DNA of 63,336 nt, filler included, from Guillardia theta CCMP2712 (GCF_000315625.1; 7 parts of 7 records of this genome joined end to end with filler, not necessarily neighbours in it), one strand, 5' to 3'; positions 34,254-47,416 are shown, numbered from the whole stretch's first letter. Made by a program: numbers and translations. The notes: generated by a model from the sequence alone, not told the origin.

Positions 34254-35621
34254 GCAGCCTCGTCCTCTCCGCACCTTGTGGTTGTAGTCACAAAGTCCCA
34301 CGAGGTGTTGGACAGCAAAGTCCTATAGACTTGTCAGCGACAGCAGCAAACATATTCCTCCTCACATCACAGTAGTGTTATCATACGACGACATGGTCGC
34401 GTTTCCTGCCGTGTCGTTCATGGCTCAAAACTTCTTCTCCTGCCATCATCATCATTGTCATCATCACGCATGCAGCTGCTCCTGTCAGCACCTTGACCGT
34501 TCTGCTGTATAAGTTCGACCCTAGCTCTCTTCAATGCCCTCGGACAAGCATCTTGACCACTTCGCCTGCGCGTGAGAAATGAGCGACAACACTGGTAGGG
34601 AAGGGGATGGGAATCATAGCAAGAGAAAGTCATGTTGCAAGCATCCGCAGCGTGTCTTTCTCACTGTCGCTAATTTGCTCTCACTTTCTGCTCGAACTTT
34701 GTTGACACGAAGTTAAAAGCTACAACGAATTCAAGAACGAGGAAAAATCGAAAGCGTTGTATCAGCCAGTCAGACATCACTCCTTGCATCAGTGTTTCCA
34801 GCATACTCTGCACTTTCCTCACGCCTCCTTCTCATGTTCGCCTCCTCGTGCCTTGACCAAAACAACGTAAAGGTTATCGGATCACAACGAGGACCCAAAC
34901 CAAGTGATCCTCGGTATGCTTCGCCTCCTCCATGTCGTTTCTGCTCCCTCCCCCCTCTTACTCGCTCTCCCTCTCCCTCTCCCTCTCCCCTCCTCCTGCA
35001 TATTCTCCTTCCTTCCCCCATTCCCGCGCTTCCATGGCTCAGCATTCCTGTTACCCGAGGCGGGGCAATTTTTTAAAATACTTGTACATGGACCTAAATT
35101 GTTTTAAAATAAGTGCAAAAACTGACGATAGGTCGAAAGTGTTTGACTGTAACCGAATATATCCATGCTTATTTGAAATTAAGACAACACTTTTCGTTTA
35201 CAATGTAGAACTTAGAACATATTTAAAAAAAAATTTGCAGAGGTCTGTAACGGCATGTAACGGTGTCCCGAAATAGATCCTACCGGTCGCGAACTCTCCT
35301 GGAGGTACAGTTTGTGCCCATGGAACTGCATGGCGGGGGCGACCGGACGCGATCCCAAGGGGAACATGGCGAACGCATGCTGCTGCTGCTGACTATTCTG
35401 AAAGCGTTCCTCCTTCCCCATTTGACCTGGAACAGCTGGAATGTTCAACACAACGAACAAGCGATCATTTTTGTATCTCTTCATTCAATATTGAAACATT
35501 CTTGTATGAGACATTATAATCCTGCCGGCATAGAACACTCGCTGGCGGTTGTCATCTATGTACACTTTGAGCTCGGCAAGCTTTCACACACTCGAGCTTG
35601 GGTGGAGTCTTTCTGCCTCTC

Positions 35622-36989
35622 CTATCTCACACTTTGGCTCAATCTCTTACTCCTCAGGGTCTGCAGTCTATCAGTTCCGGGAGCCTCGGCCTCTAGCTCG
35701 ACATCTTCGGCTGCGTTCAAGGAGAACTCGCCGTGGCCTTCAGGCATATCGAGAGGGATGGAGATCAAGTCGTCGGTGAAACCCTCCATGATGTCCAGGT
35801 CATCAAAGAAAGACAGATCAAGGTCAAAGTCAAAGTCTTCCAGGCCAATCACGACGTCAGCAGCTCCTCCAAGGTGAAGCAGCTGCTTCTTGACGTACTT
35901 GACAATCCTCTCCCTCCGGTGCACGAGGGAATGGGAGCACATACTCTTCCAGTCCATCGCCTTGCTCTGCTTCTGTTGCAGCCCCTCCATCTTTGAGCGC
36001 TTCCACGCTTGCACCTCTCTTCTCAGCTCTCGGCTGACGTCTGCCACCTCCAACTTGCAGCAGGCGAAGTCCATCTGCTCGAACAGCAGCTCGGCTTCTT
36101 CAGCCTTGAGCTTTCGGTGCAGCTGCCACAGGACTGCCCGGGCGTCACAGAGGGCTTCGAGGATGCTGTCCGTGCTCCTGGAGAGGGGAGACCAACCGCC
36201 GGCCCACACCTTGTAGCCCTTGTCGACCACCTTGAGGGCTTCATCGATCCTCCTGCCCCCCTTCCACTGGAACGTCCTTAGCCTGAAGTGCTCGGCACGC
36301 TTCTTCTTCTCGTACTCAGCTCGCTCGCTCTCGTCCCGGTGCTGCTTCACGCTCTTCGCAAGCTTCTTCGCTCGTTCCTGGTCGTAATTGAGCCTCTCCT
36401 TCTCCAGCGCGTGCGAGGAGGAGGCGATGGCGTCAGCGAGGTCTATCGCCATGCCTATCTCCTTCTTCAACGTTGACCTCTCAGGCTCTTTGAAGCACGG
36501 CAGGAACTCGATGTCTTCCACGAGCTTCGCCACCTTGAGCGACAGCAACCACAGGACCTCTCTGTCTGCATGCGGCTGGTACAAGAGGCGCACGATGTGA
36601 TTGAGCTTGACGGAGAGCCTCCTGACGGCCTCCTGCCTCGATCTGATCATGGCATGCCTCGTCAGCAGCGAGGCCCTCGTCTCAATCCTCGCCAGCGCTC
36701 GCAGATAGTCATCGCTGCTGAAATCTGACTTCTCCACCTCCTGCAGCAGTTTCGAGGCGGAAGCTCGAAGGTCGACCCAGCTCTTGACTAGCTGCTTCTG
36801 AAAGGCCTTTTCATCACATGTAAGAGGCATCTCCCCGTACGTTATCAGCCGACCGTAAACGTTCTTGAAGTTCCCAGCGTCAGGCTTGACTCGAGCTCCA
36901 AACATGAAGGATGGAACCACCAACCCCTTGTCGTCTCGCTTCTTTTTCTTACGTGCAGAGACAGACGGAATTAAACAAGACGCAAACAT
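35622..36989 (-). CDS. Hypothetical intronless helical/coiled-coil protein, about 455 aa
   Basis: Long open frame with normal coding composition; ATG (MFASCL) at 36989. Confidence 0.7.
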   Translation of the reverse strand: MFASCLIPSVSARKKKKRDDKGLVVPSFMFGARVKPDAGNFKNVYGRLITYGEMPLTCDEKAFQKQLVKSWVDLRASASKLLQEVEKSDFSSDDYLRALARIETRASLLTRHAMIRSRQEAVRRLSVKLNHIVRLLYQPHADREVLWLLSLKVAKLVEDIEFLPCFKEPERSTLKKEIGMAIDLADAIASSSHALEKERLNYDQERAKKLAKSVKQHRDESERAEYEKKKRAEHFRLRTFQWKGGRRIDEALKVVDKGYKVWAGGWSPLSRSTDSILEALCDARAVLWQLHRKLKAEEAELLFEQMDFACCKLEVADVSRELRREVQAWKRSKMEGLQQKQSKAMDWKSMCSHSLVHRRERIVKYVKKQLLHLGGAADVVIGLEDFDFDLDLSFFDDLDIMEGFTDDLISIPLDMPEGHGEFSLNAAEDVELEAEAPGTDRLQTLRSKRLSQSVR

Positions 36990-38340
36990 CGCATTCGCTA
37001 GAAGAAAAAAGCAGATGCCGCAGAGGAAGAAGCGTTCGTCCAGTGATGCGGATGAAGACCAGATGATGATATGTGTTCCACACAAGGAGAAACTTGATAT
37101 CAGAAGAACAACGAGAGGGCAGAGGGCGGAGTGAGGAGGAGGAGGAGGAGGAGGAGCAGGATCAGGAGGAGGAGGAGGAGGAGGGAGGAGGAGTCTCGGG
37201 AGCAGGATGAAGAGCAGGAGGAGGAGGACGGTGGGGGGTCACCGGGTCATGTTATGTCACATAGGCGGATCTACGTCCAGAGGAGAAGGAGGGGGGGTCC
37301 TTGATTTTTGCTATCATAAGAGATAGGGAGTAGGGGTAGTACAAGGTAGATGATGGGGTGGGGTCGTTGAGAAGGAATCAAGAGGAGGGGGTGGGGTGGT
37401 ATACCGTGGACCCGGAAGGCAGTTGGGAGGCAGGCGGAAGAGCCCGACGTGAGCCTACTGAGTAGTGACGCAGAAAAAAATCTCAGTGAGTGAGTGAGCG
37501 GCTGAAGGCCCGGCCCGGCCGGCCCGCGACCGGCCCGGTGGCCTGGCCTCCGACGTCACGGGTTTCTTGACCTGAAGTTCAGTGTGAAGTTTCTCGACCA
37601 ACCGGCGGGTGTCAGGCGGTCCGGGCCGGGCCCGGGCGCGGCCGACCCGCGGCGGGCCGCCGGGCCGCGCTCAGGCCCAGGGGTCCGGTACACCTGAGTG
37701 CAGGGTCAGAGTACCCCTGCGTTCCTCTATGAATTAGAGGGACCCTACCCCTGTGGGATCCTCCTGAAAGCGACCCAACCATGCCTTCTCTGCCTACGAT
37801 GCAGGCCGCTGGTGTAGAAGAGCAGGAGGAGCAGGAGGAGCAGGAGGAGGAGGAGGAGGAGCAGGAGGAGCAGGAGGAGCAGGAGGAGCAGGAGGAGCAG
37901 GAGGAGGAGCAGGAGCAGGTTATGCAGGGAATTTGTATGTGGTTGAATAGAAGGGTCCTTCATACCCTTGAATGGGAGGAAAAACGGAAGTAAGCTGAAG
38001 AGGTCTACCAGGATGGCAGAATGAAGGAGGCAGCGGGAATAATGAGGCAGGAAGAGGAGGAACAAGGAACAGGGACGAGGAGGAGGGACAGTATATGGAG
38101 ATCTGCAGCAGGAGCAGTGTGACAAGGGAGCAAGCAGTCTATGGAGTGCGAGGATGTGATCCAGCAACAAGAGGATGTGATGTAGCGCCAGGGGCAAGGA
38201 GAGATTGTAACTAGAGACGAGGGTAGGACGGGGATGGGTCTGTAGAGATCAGAGAAGGAAATGAATGTGAAGCGCAGGATCAAAACAGAGCTGACAGTGA
38301 CCGGTGAAGTTCCAAGGCGGTGGGTGTGAAGGTACACGCA

Positions 38341-38628
38341 ATGTCGGTGAAGGAGCATCTACTTCGACTCATCCTGACGGTGACAGTGATTGAGACGACT
38401 TGATATGTTCTGACATCTCTTGTCTGATGCTTCCAGCTCCTCTTCTGTGCTACCGCCTCGCCTTCGCAAGGGATGTGTGGTTGTCCGGCAGAGCTTCCTC
38501 TGTTGCCTCTGCGCCTGCGGGGAGGCAAGCAAGGGTTCACTACAGGAGAGGATGCTGTGCTGCAAGCTCTTCAGAACATGCCACTTGAAGAGGCGCACAA
38601 GTCGATCGAGAGCATCGTGAAGGAGAAG
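38341..38628 (+). CDS. 5' part of a signal-peptide protein carrying an LRLRGG motif
   Basis: Splicing out 38380-38436 gives MSVKEHLLRLILTLLFCATASPSQGMCGCPAELPLLPLRLRGGKQGF...; truncated by contig break. Confidence 0.6.
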
Positions 38629-40581
38629 GTGAAGATGAGCCCGAACCTCCGCCTTCCTCCTCCCTCGCTTCCTCCTCCCTTGCTTTCTTCTCCTCCTCGC
38701 TCTCTCCTCCCTCGCTTCCTCCTCCCCCGCCTCCTCNNNNNNNNNNNNNNNNNNNNNNNNNNNNNNNNNNNNNNNNNNNNTTAATTAATTAANNNNNNNN
38801 NNNNNNNNNNNNNNNNNNNNNNNNNNNNNNNNNNNNGACTGTTCTCGCTACTCTCCCATAACTCATCTTTCCGCTACCCTCCCGTCCCCCTCACCTCCTG
38901 CCCTGCCTGCCCTGTGATATCCTCTACTCTTCCCTCCTCCCTCCTCTCCCCTCCCCTCTCTCTCCTCTCCTCACTCCACTCTCTTCTCTTCTCTCCCCTC
39001 TCCCCTCTCCCCTCTCCCCTCTCCCCTCTCCCCTCTCCCCTCCCTCCTCCCTCCTCCCTCCTCCCTCCCCCCTCCTCTCTCCTCTTCCCTCCCTCCTCTC
39101 TTCTCTCTTCTCTGCCTCACGGTAGGCTCCTCCCAGATGCCCGAGTTTCGTTTAGTCGCATTTTCCTTTGCTGCGATAGAGCCACGGATGCCGGCTGACC
39201 AGAATTCCCAGTCTATTAAAATTCGTTCTAGATTTGAGTTATCTGTTATAGATTTGATTATCTGTTCTAGATTTGGGAGATGACAAAAAATCCTGTTGAA
39301 ATATGATGAACGAGACTACCCACCATCTTCATTCTGCACGGGTCTGTATAGTACCCCTACCCAGTATTAAAACGGAAAAAACAATGTTAAAAAGGGGGTA
39401 CTCATTATCACCGGTGGTATGTGTCGTAGAAGTGTGACGAAGGTGACCTACCCCTGGGAGCACCACCACCCTGTCATGATGACTACTGGGAACCGGTGTT
39501 TTCTATGAGGGGTACCCACCCTTCGGTGGGATGAGGTGTGTGGGTAGGGGTACTCTGACTCAGAGTTGAATATCTCGGGGTAGGGGTGTTATGTATCTTG
39601 ATGAGGTTTCATCTATAATGCCTCAAGATAGGAAATCTATTAGTGATGACAATAGTAAATAAGGGGTACCCTTGTACGATGTCTCACTTCTTGCAGGGAA
39701 ATAATAACCACCGGAGGATTAGGGGGTGTATTGACGAATTAGGGGGTAGGGTCGTATTGGGACCCCCCCCTTCAATCCTTTTATGCAGACTCATCCCGCC
39801 ATGGCGGGGTGTAGAGCCTGGGAGGAGCGGGAGAGGAATGAGAAGAGGAGAGAAAGGAGGAGAACAATCAGAGTGACAGGAAGAGAGATAGAGGCAGGCC
39901 ATGACGAGCAGCAGAAGGAGCAGCAGGGACGGAGGCGACGCAGGAGAAAGAGGGTCATACCAGAGGCAGCGGAAGGGGAGGAGGCGGAGCAGGAGCAAGT
40001 ATCGCAAAGGGAGAGGAGAAGACGGTTGAACGGAAGTTAGATCAGAAAGATGAAATTGTTGTTGAGTGTGACTGCATATGAAGTGTGGAGGAGCTGAAGC
40101 AGGGGGCGGAAAGATAAGGCAATGGAGGGCGGAAGGGAGGCTACTTCGAGGGTGGGGATGTAAGGAGAGGACGAGCTTAGCTTGCGAGTTTGGATGACGA
40201 TTGAAGGGGAAGCGAGTCAGATACATAGAAACTTTTGACTTTGATTGTTGGGAGAGGTCAGCAACGAGAGAACTTTGAAAGGATTTGGATGCAGAAGGCA
40301 GTTGCCGTACAGGTTTCTGAGTATCGGTCAGGGTTTATGGGGAGCGATGATGGCGGTAGGAGCTGGGCTTACCCTCGACGAAGCGAGCAAGGATACGATG
40401 CTAGGCATCCCGTATGTGCCGGATCTCCGGCAGACGCTGAACGTGTGCAGGGCACAGGGGTAGGGCACGGACATAGTTGAATGGGATGTAATAGGTGGAG
40501 ACAGTTCATGGAGATGAGAGTATGCTGGTGTGTCGGCTCAGAGCGAAACATAAGATGCCAGGATCAGGTCAGAGAAGGAAA

Positions 40582-40635
40582 GGTGCACGTGAGAGGAAGG
40601 GTGCACGTGAGAGGAAGGGTGCACGTGAGAGGAAG
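40582..40635 (+). repeat. 3x18-nt repeat GGTGCACGTGAGAGGAAG containing CACGTG
   Basis: CACGTG at 40586, 40604 and 40622. Confidence 0.8.
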
Positions 40636-40789
40636 GATCCCTTTAGAGGAGATAAGGAGCAGGTAGTCAAATCGAACAGCTGAAGCGACAGCTGAAGCAA
40701 CTTGTGGGCATTGAGGGACCGTTGGCTGCTACGGCTACCCGTTCACTTACAATTTCTTGCAGCCAACCTGGATGATGCAAGGAACTTCA

Positions 40790-43364
40790 TCGCATCATTC
40801 CTCGAATAGATCTTTGGATGACGGCTTAGAGGAGAAAAAGTGAAGAAGGCGCTCAAGAAAGTTGGAGACTACGTGCTGGGGGATGTGCTTGGGGAAGGTG
40901 ACGAGATGTTGCCGCATGCTGGTGTCAGTGACCCCAGTCTGAAGGCGCATATGGGCAAGTTCGTGAAGGTTTGCTCATGAGGGAGGGCGATGAGAAGTTT
41001 GGTCAGCGCGTCGCTATCAAGATCATCAGCAGGAGGCTCCTGCGCAAAGTGAGGCCGACTGGCGCTTGACTTTGACAGGCACTGATCGCCCGTGCAGGTG
41101 AGGAACGGACAGGAGAACCTGAAGAGAGAAATCCGTTGCATCAAGAAAGTCAAACACAAGAACGTCATACAGGTGAAACGAGCGCCAATCCTCACGCCCA
41201 AACGCTCATGACCCTTGTGTTGAAGTTCTACGAATCCATCGATGAGGAGGAGCGGGACAAGGTGTACCTTGTGTTCGAGCTTGCGAACCTATTCAGCGTA
41301 CAAGATCTCTGCGATATCCAGAAGCAGCTTTCCGCCACCGGCCAAGGGCTCAAAGATCCTATCACCAGTCAGTCCCTCTCCTCCCTTGCCCATCGTTTGT
41401 GTTGACCCTTGTTCTCCTGCAGATGAAGTTTGCACAGACGGTATTCCCCTCACCTACGCCAAGATCCTCTTCTCTCAGCTTATGGACGGCCTGCAAGCAT
41501 GCCACTCCAAGGGTGAGCCTCAGCCCGTCACAAGGGCCTCTTCCTCCTCCCTCCTCCCTCCCTCCCTCCTCCACTCCTCCTACCAACACACTCACGGACC
41601 TTCGGGCCTTTGCACTGACGGTGGGGGTGCGGCCGCAGGAGTGGCGCACCGTGACATCAAGCCATCCAACCTTCAGTTAACCTCCGACGGGGTCCTTAAG
41701 ATCATCGACTTTGGAGTAGCAGAGACTCTCGACCAGTTTGACGACCTCGACGATACAACCAAGTTCGCGGGGACTCCTTCCTTCCAACCCCCTGAGGTCC
41801 CGACCTCCCCACCGCTTCTCCCTCTCCTTCTTCTCCCCTCCTCGCTGCTCGTCCCTCCCCCCCAAAAATCACCACTATGATTATCCATTCGTTACTACCA
41901 TCTCCTTCCCTTCCTCCTCTTCCCCCTCGCTCCTCGTCTCCTCCTTCCGACTCCATCCTCATTTCGCTCCCAGTCGTCCCCTTCCCCCTCCCCTCCTCTT
42001 CCATCCTTCTTCTCCTATTGTCAGCCCTCACTGTCGAGCAGGTAGCGCAAGGGGCTCGCACCTTCTCTGCTACCAAGGTAGACATCTGGGCAGCAGGGGT
42101 CACCCTCTACGTCATGGTCGTTGGGTCTCCTCCTTTTACCGGCGATTCCGTGGACGAGCTGTGATTCCTCCTCCTCCCTCCTCCCTTTCTCCTCCTCTCC
42201 TCTTTTCCTCCTCCCTCCTCCCTTCTCTTCTTCTCCTCCTCTCCTCCTCTCCTCCTCCCTCCTCCCTTTCTCTTCTTCTCCTCCTCTCCTCTTCTCCTCC
42301 TCCCTCCTCCCATTTCCCCCCTCATCTTCCTCCTCCTTGCCTCCTTCTCCCCCTTTCCCCACTCCTCTACTCCCTCCTTCCTCCTCCTCTATACTCCCTT
42401 CTCCCCTCTCCCCCCTGGAAGGATCGAGTATCCTCCATCCCTCCCCTGCTCGTCTTCACTCTCGTGCTGCTCCCTCCTGATGTCTCCGGCAGGTACAAGA
42501 ACATCTCCAAGATGGAGTACAAGTTGCCGGAGCGAGGGGACGAGCAGCTCAACGACCTCATCCAGGGGGTCATGCATCCTTCACCCGAGAGCCGCCTCTC
42601 CATCAACGACACCCTCCAGCATCCCTGGTGAGCCTCCCTCCCTCCATCCATCCATTCCTCCCTCCCTCCCTCCCTTCTTCCTTCTCCCTCCCTCCTCCCT
42701 CTCTTCTTCTCCCTCCCTCTCTTCGTCTCCCTCCCTCCCTTCTTCTTCCTCCGACTCCTCCTTGATCCCTCTTCATCTTTCTCCCTCCCTCCCTCCCTCT
42801 CTCAGCCCCTCTGCCGGGCTGTCCCCGGGACCTCCCCTGGTCTCTCCTCTCCCGCTGACGGAGTGCAGGTGCGAGACAAAGGACCTGCCGGACATGAGGG
42901 AGCTACTGGAGCCTCTTGCGCACGAGGAGGGGAAGAAGAAGCAGTCGCTGCTGCGGAGGTACATGGAGGAGATGTCGGACGAAGAGGGAGAGACGGACGA
43001 GACGGACGAGGACACCAACAACATCGACGAATTCAGACTTCTCAACGCCGAAGCGCTCAGGTGCGATCAGCTTCTCGCTGCCCTCCCAAGTTGCCCCCGA
43101 CTCTGTGTTTCCCTCTCTGCCCTCTCCCCTGCTTCCTCGCTCTCTGCGCTCTCTCTCTCTTGCTTCCTCCCTCTTCTTCCCTCCCTCTTTGTCGTGTAGT
43201 CTATTTTTCGCTACCCGCTCCTTGACCGCTTGTCCTTGTTCAGCGGGAAGAAGACCCTTCAGATGCCCTGGGTCCAGAAGAACCACCAGGAGAATCAGAA
43301 ATCCATCATCTCAAGATTCCAGTCGAACCTCGCAGGATCGGACAACAACTGCATCATCTCTTAA
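40790..43364 (+). CDS. STK11: LKB1/STK11-like Ser/Thr kinase, multi-exon (start approximate)
   Basis: [70 protein letters not shown]; C-terminal CaaX-like CIIS*. Confidence 0.85.
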
Positions 43365-43429
43365 CTGCTTCCCTCTTTGTAAATCATCTCCTCTGCCTCC
43401 CTCCCACTTCGCCTCCACTGCCATTCTCA

Positions 43430-44446
43430 CCAACATCGCAGCCCTTACATCTCAAGCATTTCATGTCAAGGGACTACAGCCTATCATCCAACGCAACCCA
43501 ATACAACAGCGGCGCCGCCTGCTCCTTTAGTGGGGAGTGGTCATGCAGATGCTGAAGGACTTATCTGATGTCGACCCGGCGGAGTACTGGAGAGGTCGAA
43601 AGTGAGAGGAGGAGGGGGTCAGGCGAGGAGCTTACGTTAGCGGTGAAGCCATCGGAGCAGCCTGCTGGTGTTGAGTTCCCAACAGGATACCCAATGAACT
43701 CAGCCTCCTGCTCGTCGGTCGAGTCCTTGGTCAGCCCGTAGGGGTACTGCAGAACTTGGTCAAGGCAGGCGGCGTTCACGCACCCCCTGCTCCTCCTACT
43801 GCTCGCACAGACTCTGCTCCTTCTCCAACAATCAAACCCCTGTCCCGGCGCATGTGTGATCCTACAGCTGGTGAAGCTCTGACTGTTTCTTTCCTAAGCC
43901 AGTTTGCCTCGTACTCACACTACCTGCATGCCTCCTCCTCTTCCGATGAAACTTGTTTCTAACATCGCTAAAGTTGACCCTAATGAACCTTGGACGTCTG
44001 TACACAACACTGGTATCCTGTACATCAATTCCTGAAAGTACTGCCGGAGAGAGCGAGACTTCATGCACAGCATCATTCAACTCATCAACTTCAACTTCAG
44101 TGACCGGTCGTCTCACTCCCAATCGCTCTGCACTTGGCCCTTCAGGCTGAGCTCCTTTCCTTATCCGTCTTCCTCCGACATACGTTGCTGATGAAAGTTC
44201 CAGTTGTCTTATCTCATACTATAGTCTCAACATCTCATCTGACCCCTTGCTCCCAATCAGTACTCTTCCAACATTCTTCACTCCTAACGACTGTTCGAGT
44301 TCGGTCTGGTTCAGGTCGACACTAGGACTTATGATCCCGAGTCTGCCCTATCATCGTACTACCTCCTCCTCCTGAGTCCCTCAGCTCATGGTTCATCGTC
44401 TTCTTACCGTTCCTCCGCCCAGCGCTGGCACCGTCAACGTCTGCAT
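43430..44446 (-). CDS. Hypothetical multi-exon protein (approximate)
   Basis: Minus-strand coding-like exons (SVDLNQTELEQSLGV; YFQELMYRIPVLC; NAACLDQVLQYPYGLT). Confidence 0.35.
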
Positions 44447-44574
44447 GACTCTCACTAGCCCGAACATTTCGTCGCTATTTCCGTAAATGACCTTTGAGCT
44501 AGCCCTCATCCCCCCTTTACCCTAGTGCGCCCCTCATCCAGCACGTTTGAATCTGTTGAATCTTTGACTACTGA

Positions 44575-45090
44575 ATGGCGATGGGCCGGCAGCCGTCATA
44601 CTGCGGGGCATGCGGCGAGGAGGAGGAGTTGTTCTGTGATCAGTGTGAGGTGGGACTATGCACTGAGTGTGATATCCTGGTTCATGCATGCTCCCCTTAC
44701 GATCAACACGAGAGAAGGCCAGTAAGGTTAGACAGGCTCGACAACGCCTCCTTGAACATAGTTAACGACTCTGACTCTCTGTCTCGTATCCAAGTGGATG
44801 GAGAAACGTGCATTGATGGCCAGGGATCGAACTTATCCCAGCAACACGACAGGTCACAGGCACCTATGGCATCCAACTCGGGCGAAACTGAGACAGAGCG
44901 GCTACTACAGGAGATCCATAAGAAGATCGGAATGTTGAAGCCGATTGAAATGCGAACTACGTCAGATGAAATCCTTGGTCTGTCTTCGAGGGATCTGAGA
45001 ATGGAAGCGGACAATGCACGGAGGCATTGTCGTAAGATGATCGAATGTTTGACTGAGATCCGAGCAAAGGTTGAGAGGGCCCTGCAGTGA
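44575..45090 (+). CDS. B-box zinc-finger protein
   Basis: CGAC..LFCDQCEVGLCTECDILVH......H.R, a CONSTANS-type B-box, followed by a coiled coil. Confidence 0.8.
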   Translation: MAMGRQPSYCGACGEEEELFCDQCEVGLCTECDILVHACSPYDQHERRPVRLDRLDNASLNIVNDSDSLSRIQVDGETCIDGQGSNLSQQHDRSQAPMASNSGETETERLLQEIHKKIGMLKPIEMRTTSDEILGLSSRDLRMEADNARRHCRKMIECLTEIRAKVERALQ

Positions 45091-45289
45091 GCAGTAGGTC
45101 AGAAGGAACTCCAAGTCATTCAGTCGCTTGCGAACATCCCCGCCGAATTTCAACGAGATATTCAAAGAATTTACATAAAATCTACTGTACAGAACTTGAA
45201 CTAGTGTAGTATTCAAGGGGTTGAATGGGCCCCACAATAAATCACAACAAACAGAAAGGCTGCACTGATTTTCAGCACAGATTTCTGAA

Positions 45290-46391
45290 TCACAACACGA
45301 CAAGCGTTGATGTCAACACGATTTCCTTGTTCATGTCGCTTTCACTAACCATGGCAGGCCCGAACTTGCCCCTCTGATCCAACAGTGCTTGATACATGGC
45401 CCCATCATCCCACAAGACGTCGCTGTACTCGAGCTCGTCCATACGAGAGGTTCCGGGAGCTTGACCGAAAGAGTTGGAAATAGCTTCATGCATCTTCAGC
45501 TCATCAATGATCTCAAGTTGATCCCTGGAACCCGCAAGGTCCGAATACCTTTGGGTAATTGTGTCAAGCTGTCCTTTGGACTGCAACTCAGGCTGCATTT
45601 CAGTAAGCAAACTCGGAGTGCTTTCATTCAACTCCTGCTCATCGGCCTTGCATTCGATTCTCTTGGGTGGTCCCTCCTGCCATTCTTGTTTCGTTTCACA
45701 GTCAGCGAAATTGTCACGATAATCTGCCCCGAAAGGCTTGGCAGATTCCTTCGAGCTGGTATCACTCTCGCTGTCAGACATGGAATGAGGGGAGCTGCCA
45801 ATGTATTCAGAATTCGCTTCTGAGCTCGAGCAAGTCTGCGATTCGATCCCATTGTACATGCAATCGTCGATACACGTGTCGTTGTCCACAAGCATTCCAC
45901 TCCCAATGCCGCCCTCCTCCTGCCAAGATTTCCCTGTATGTTTCGCGATACTGATCGATGCAGTAATGGCTGTGTTTGCAAGGTCTGAAACCTGAAAACA
46001 AGCGCAGATGTCAGGGACTCGATGATTCAAACACCAGTGGCAATACCAATTCTTGGAGCATTTTCATTTTCGTCCGTTTCCCAGAGGGTTTGCCAAGTTT
46101 GGCAGAGGGATCCAAGACCTTCTCATGAGTGGGATTCCTGAGCAAGATTCAGAAGATACCCCGAAAAAACTTCAAGGCTTTTTACCTGTTTGCCGGCTCA
46201 AAATCTTCATGGGATCGCGGTGGAGCTGGCCGCCATGTAAGTTGTTTCTCCACTTCTTTTATTCTTGTCTGATCTTTGAGTTCGGCTGCTATCTCATCCT
46301 GAACATCATCCACACTGGTTCGAACGGATTCCCTTTGCATTTTTTCAAATTTCATGAGCTGTGCTATTTCGTTGGCGACTGTTTCCGACAT
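45290..46391 (-). CDS. Hypothetical acidic protein, 2-3 exons
   Basis: Exon MSETVANEIAQLMKFE... plus a long open exon 45290-45990. Confidence 0.5.
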
Positions 46392-47416
46392 GGCCGGGAA
46401 AGTTTGGATGTGCAAGCTGAGATGGAGGAAGTGCCAGACAAACAGCCAGACTATCAGGATCCGGAGGGATCAATGGGGTCCCAACGAGGGGGGAGAGGAA
46501 GAGAGAGGTAAGAAGCAAGAGGTCGGGAAGATATGGAGGCGGAGGGTAGAACGCGACACTGAAGGAAGGGAGTGGGCGGATGGGGGAGACAGGGGGTGAG
46601 GTCACCACCGATACCTACCAAAGGGGGGTGGGGTGATGACCCCGCAGACAAGTGAGAATATAGGGGTAGTTACAGTTACATTTCATGTCATACCGGTACT
46701 TTAGAGAGTAAATGTATGGGTGGTATCGCTCGATTCCAGTCCTTTGAGCCCCCTTGTTCTTAGTGAAACGAGGGGTGGGTACTTGTTAATGGAAAAGGAG
46801 GGGGTAATGGTGTTCTGATCATGCCGAGGGTTTGGACAAAGGGGTAGGGTGTTCCAGGCGTTCGAATATTTTTAACATTGTTTATCGGTGGGGTGGTGTA
46901 GAAATAGCTGCGGGGTTCTAATCAGGGGTGGTGGGAGTAAGGACACAATTGAGTGGGTGGGGGTAGTCATGAAGGGGGTAGAGAAGGCTCAATTGGGCCG
47001 GAGGCGGATTATGTCCAGGAGGGCGGGTTATGGAACAGGACGGGTGGTATCCGGTCAAGAAGGGGTGGCATGTAGGCAATGGAGCTGAGTGAGCGAGGGT
47101 GGGGTGGGGGTGTAAAATCAAAAGAGTGATTGAACTACATAGAAGGCAATTTTTGGACGAACAGCAGGGTGGTGGGTGGAGAGGGGGGTAGATAGAGGAA
47201 GAAGGGGGGGTACCGTATAGGAATTTGGTCAAGAAGCACTCTTGATCNNNNNNNNNNNNNNNNNNNNNNNNNNNNNNNNNNNNNNNNNNNNTTAATTAAT
47301 TAANNNNNNNNNNNNNNNNNNNNNNNNNNNNNNNNNNNNNNNNNNNNATGTATCAAGAGGAAGAGACCTTTACTTTCAGCGTTGTTGTCCTCTAGTGACT
47401 AGAAGTCTGGAGATCT

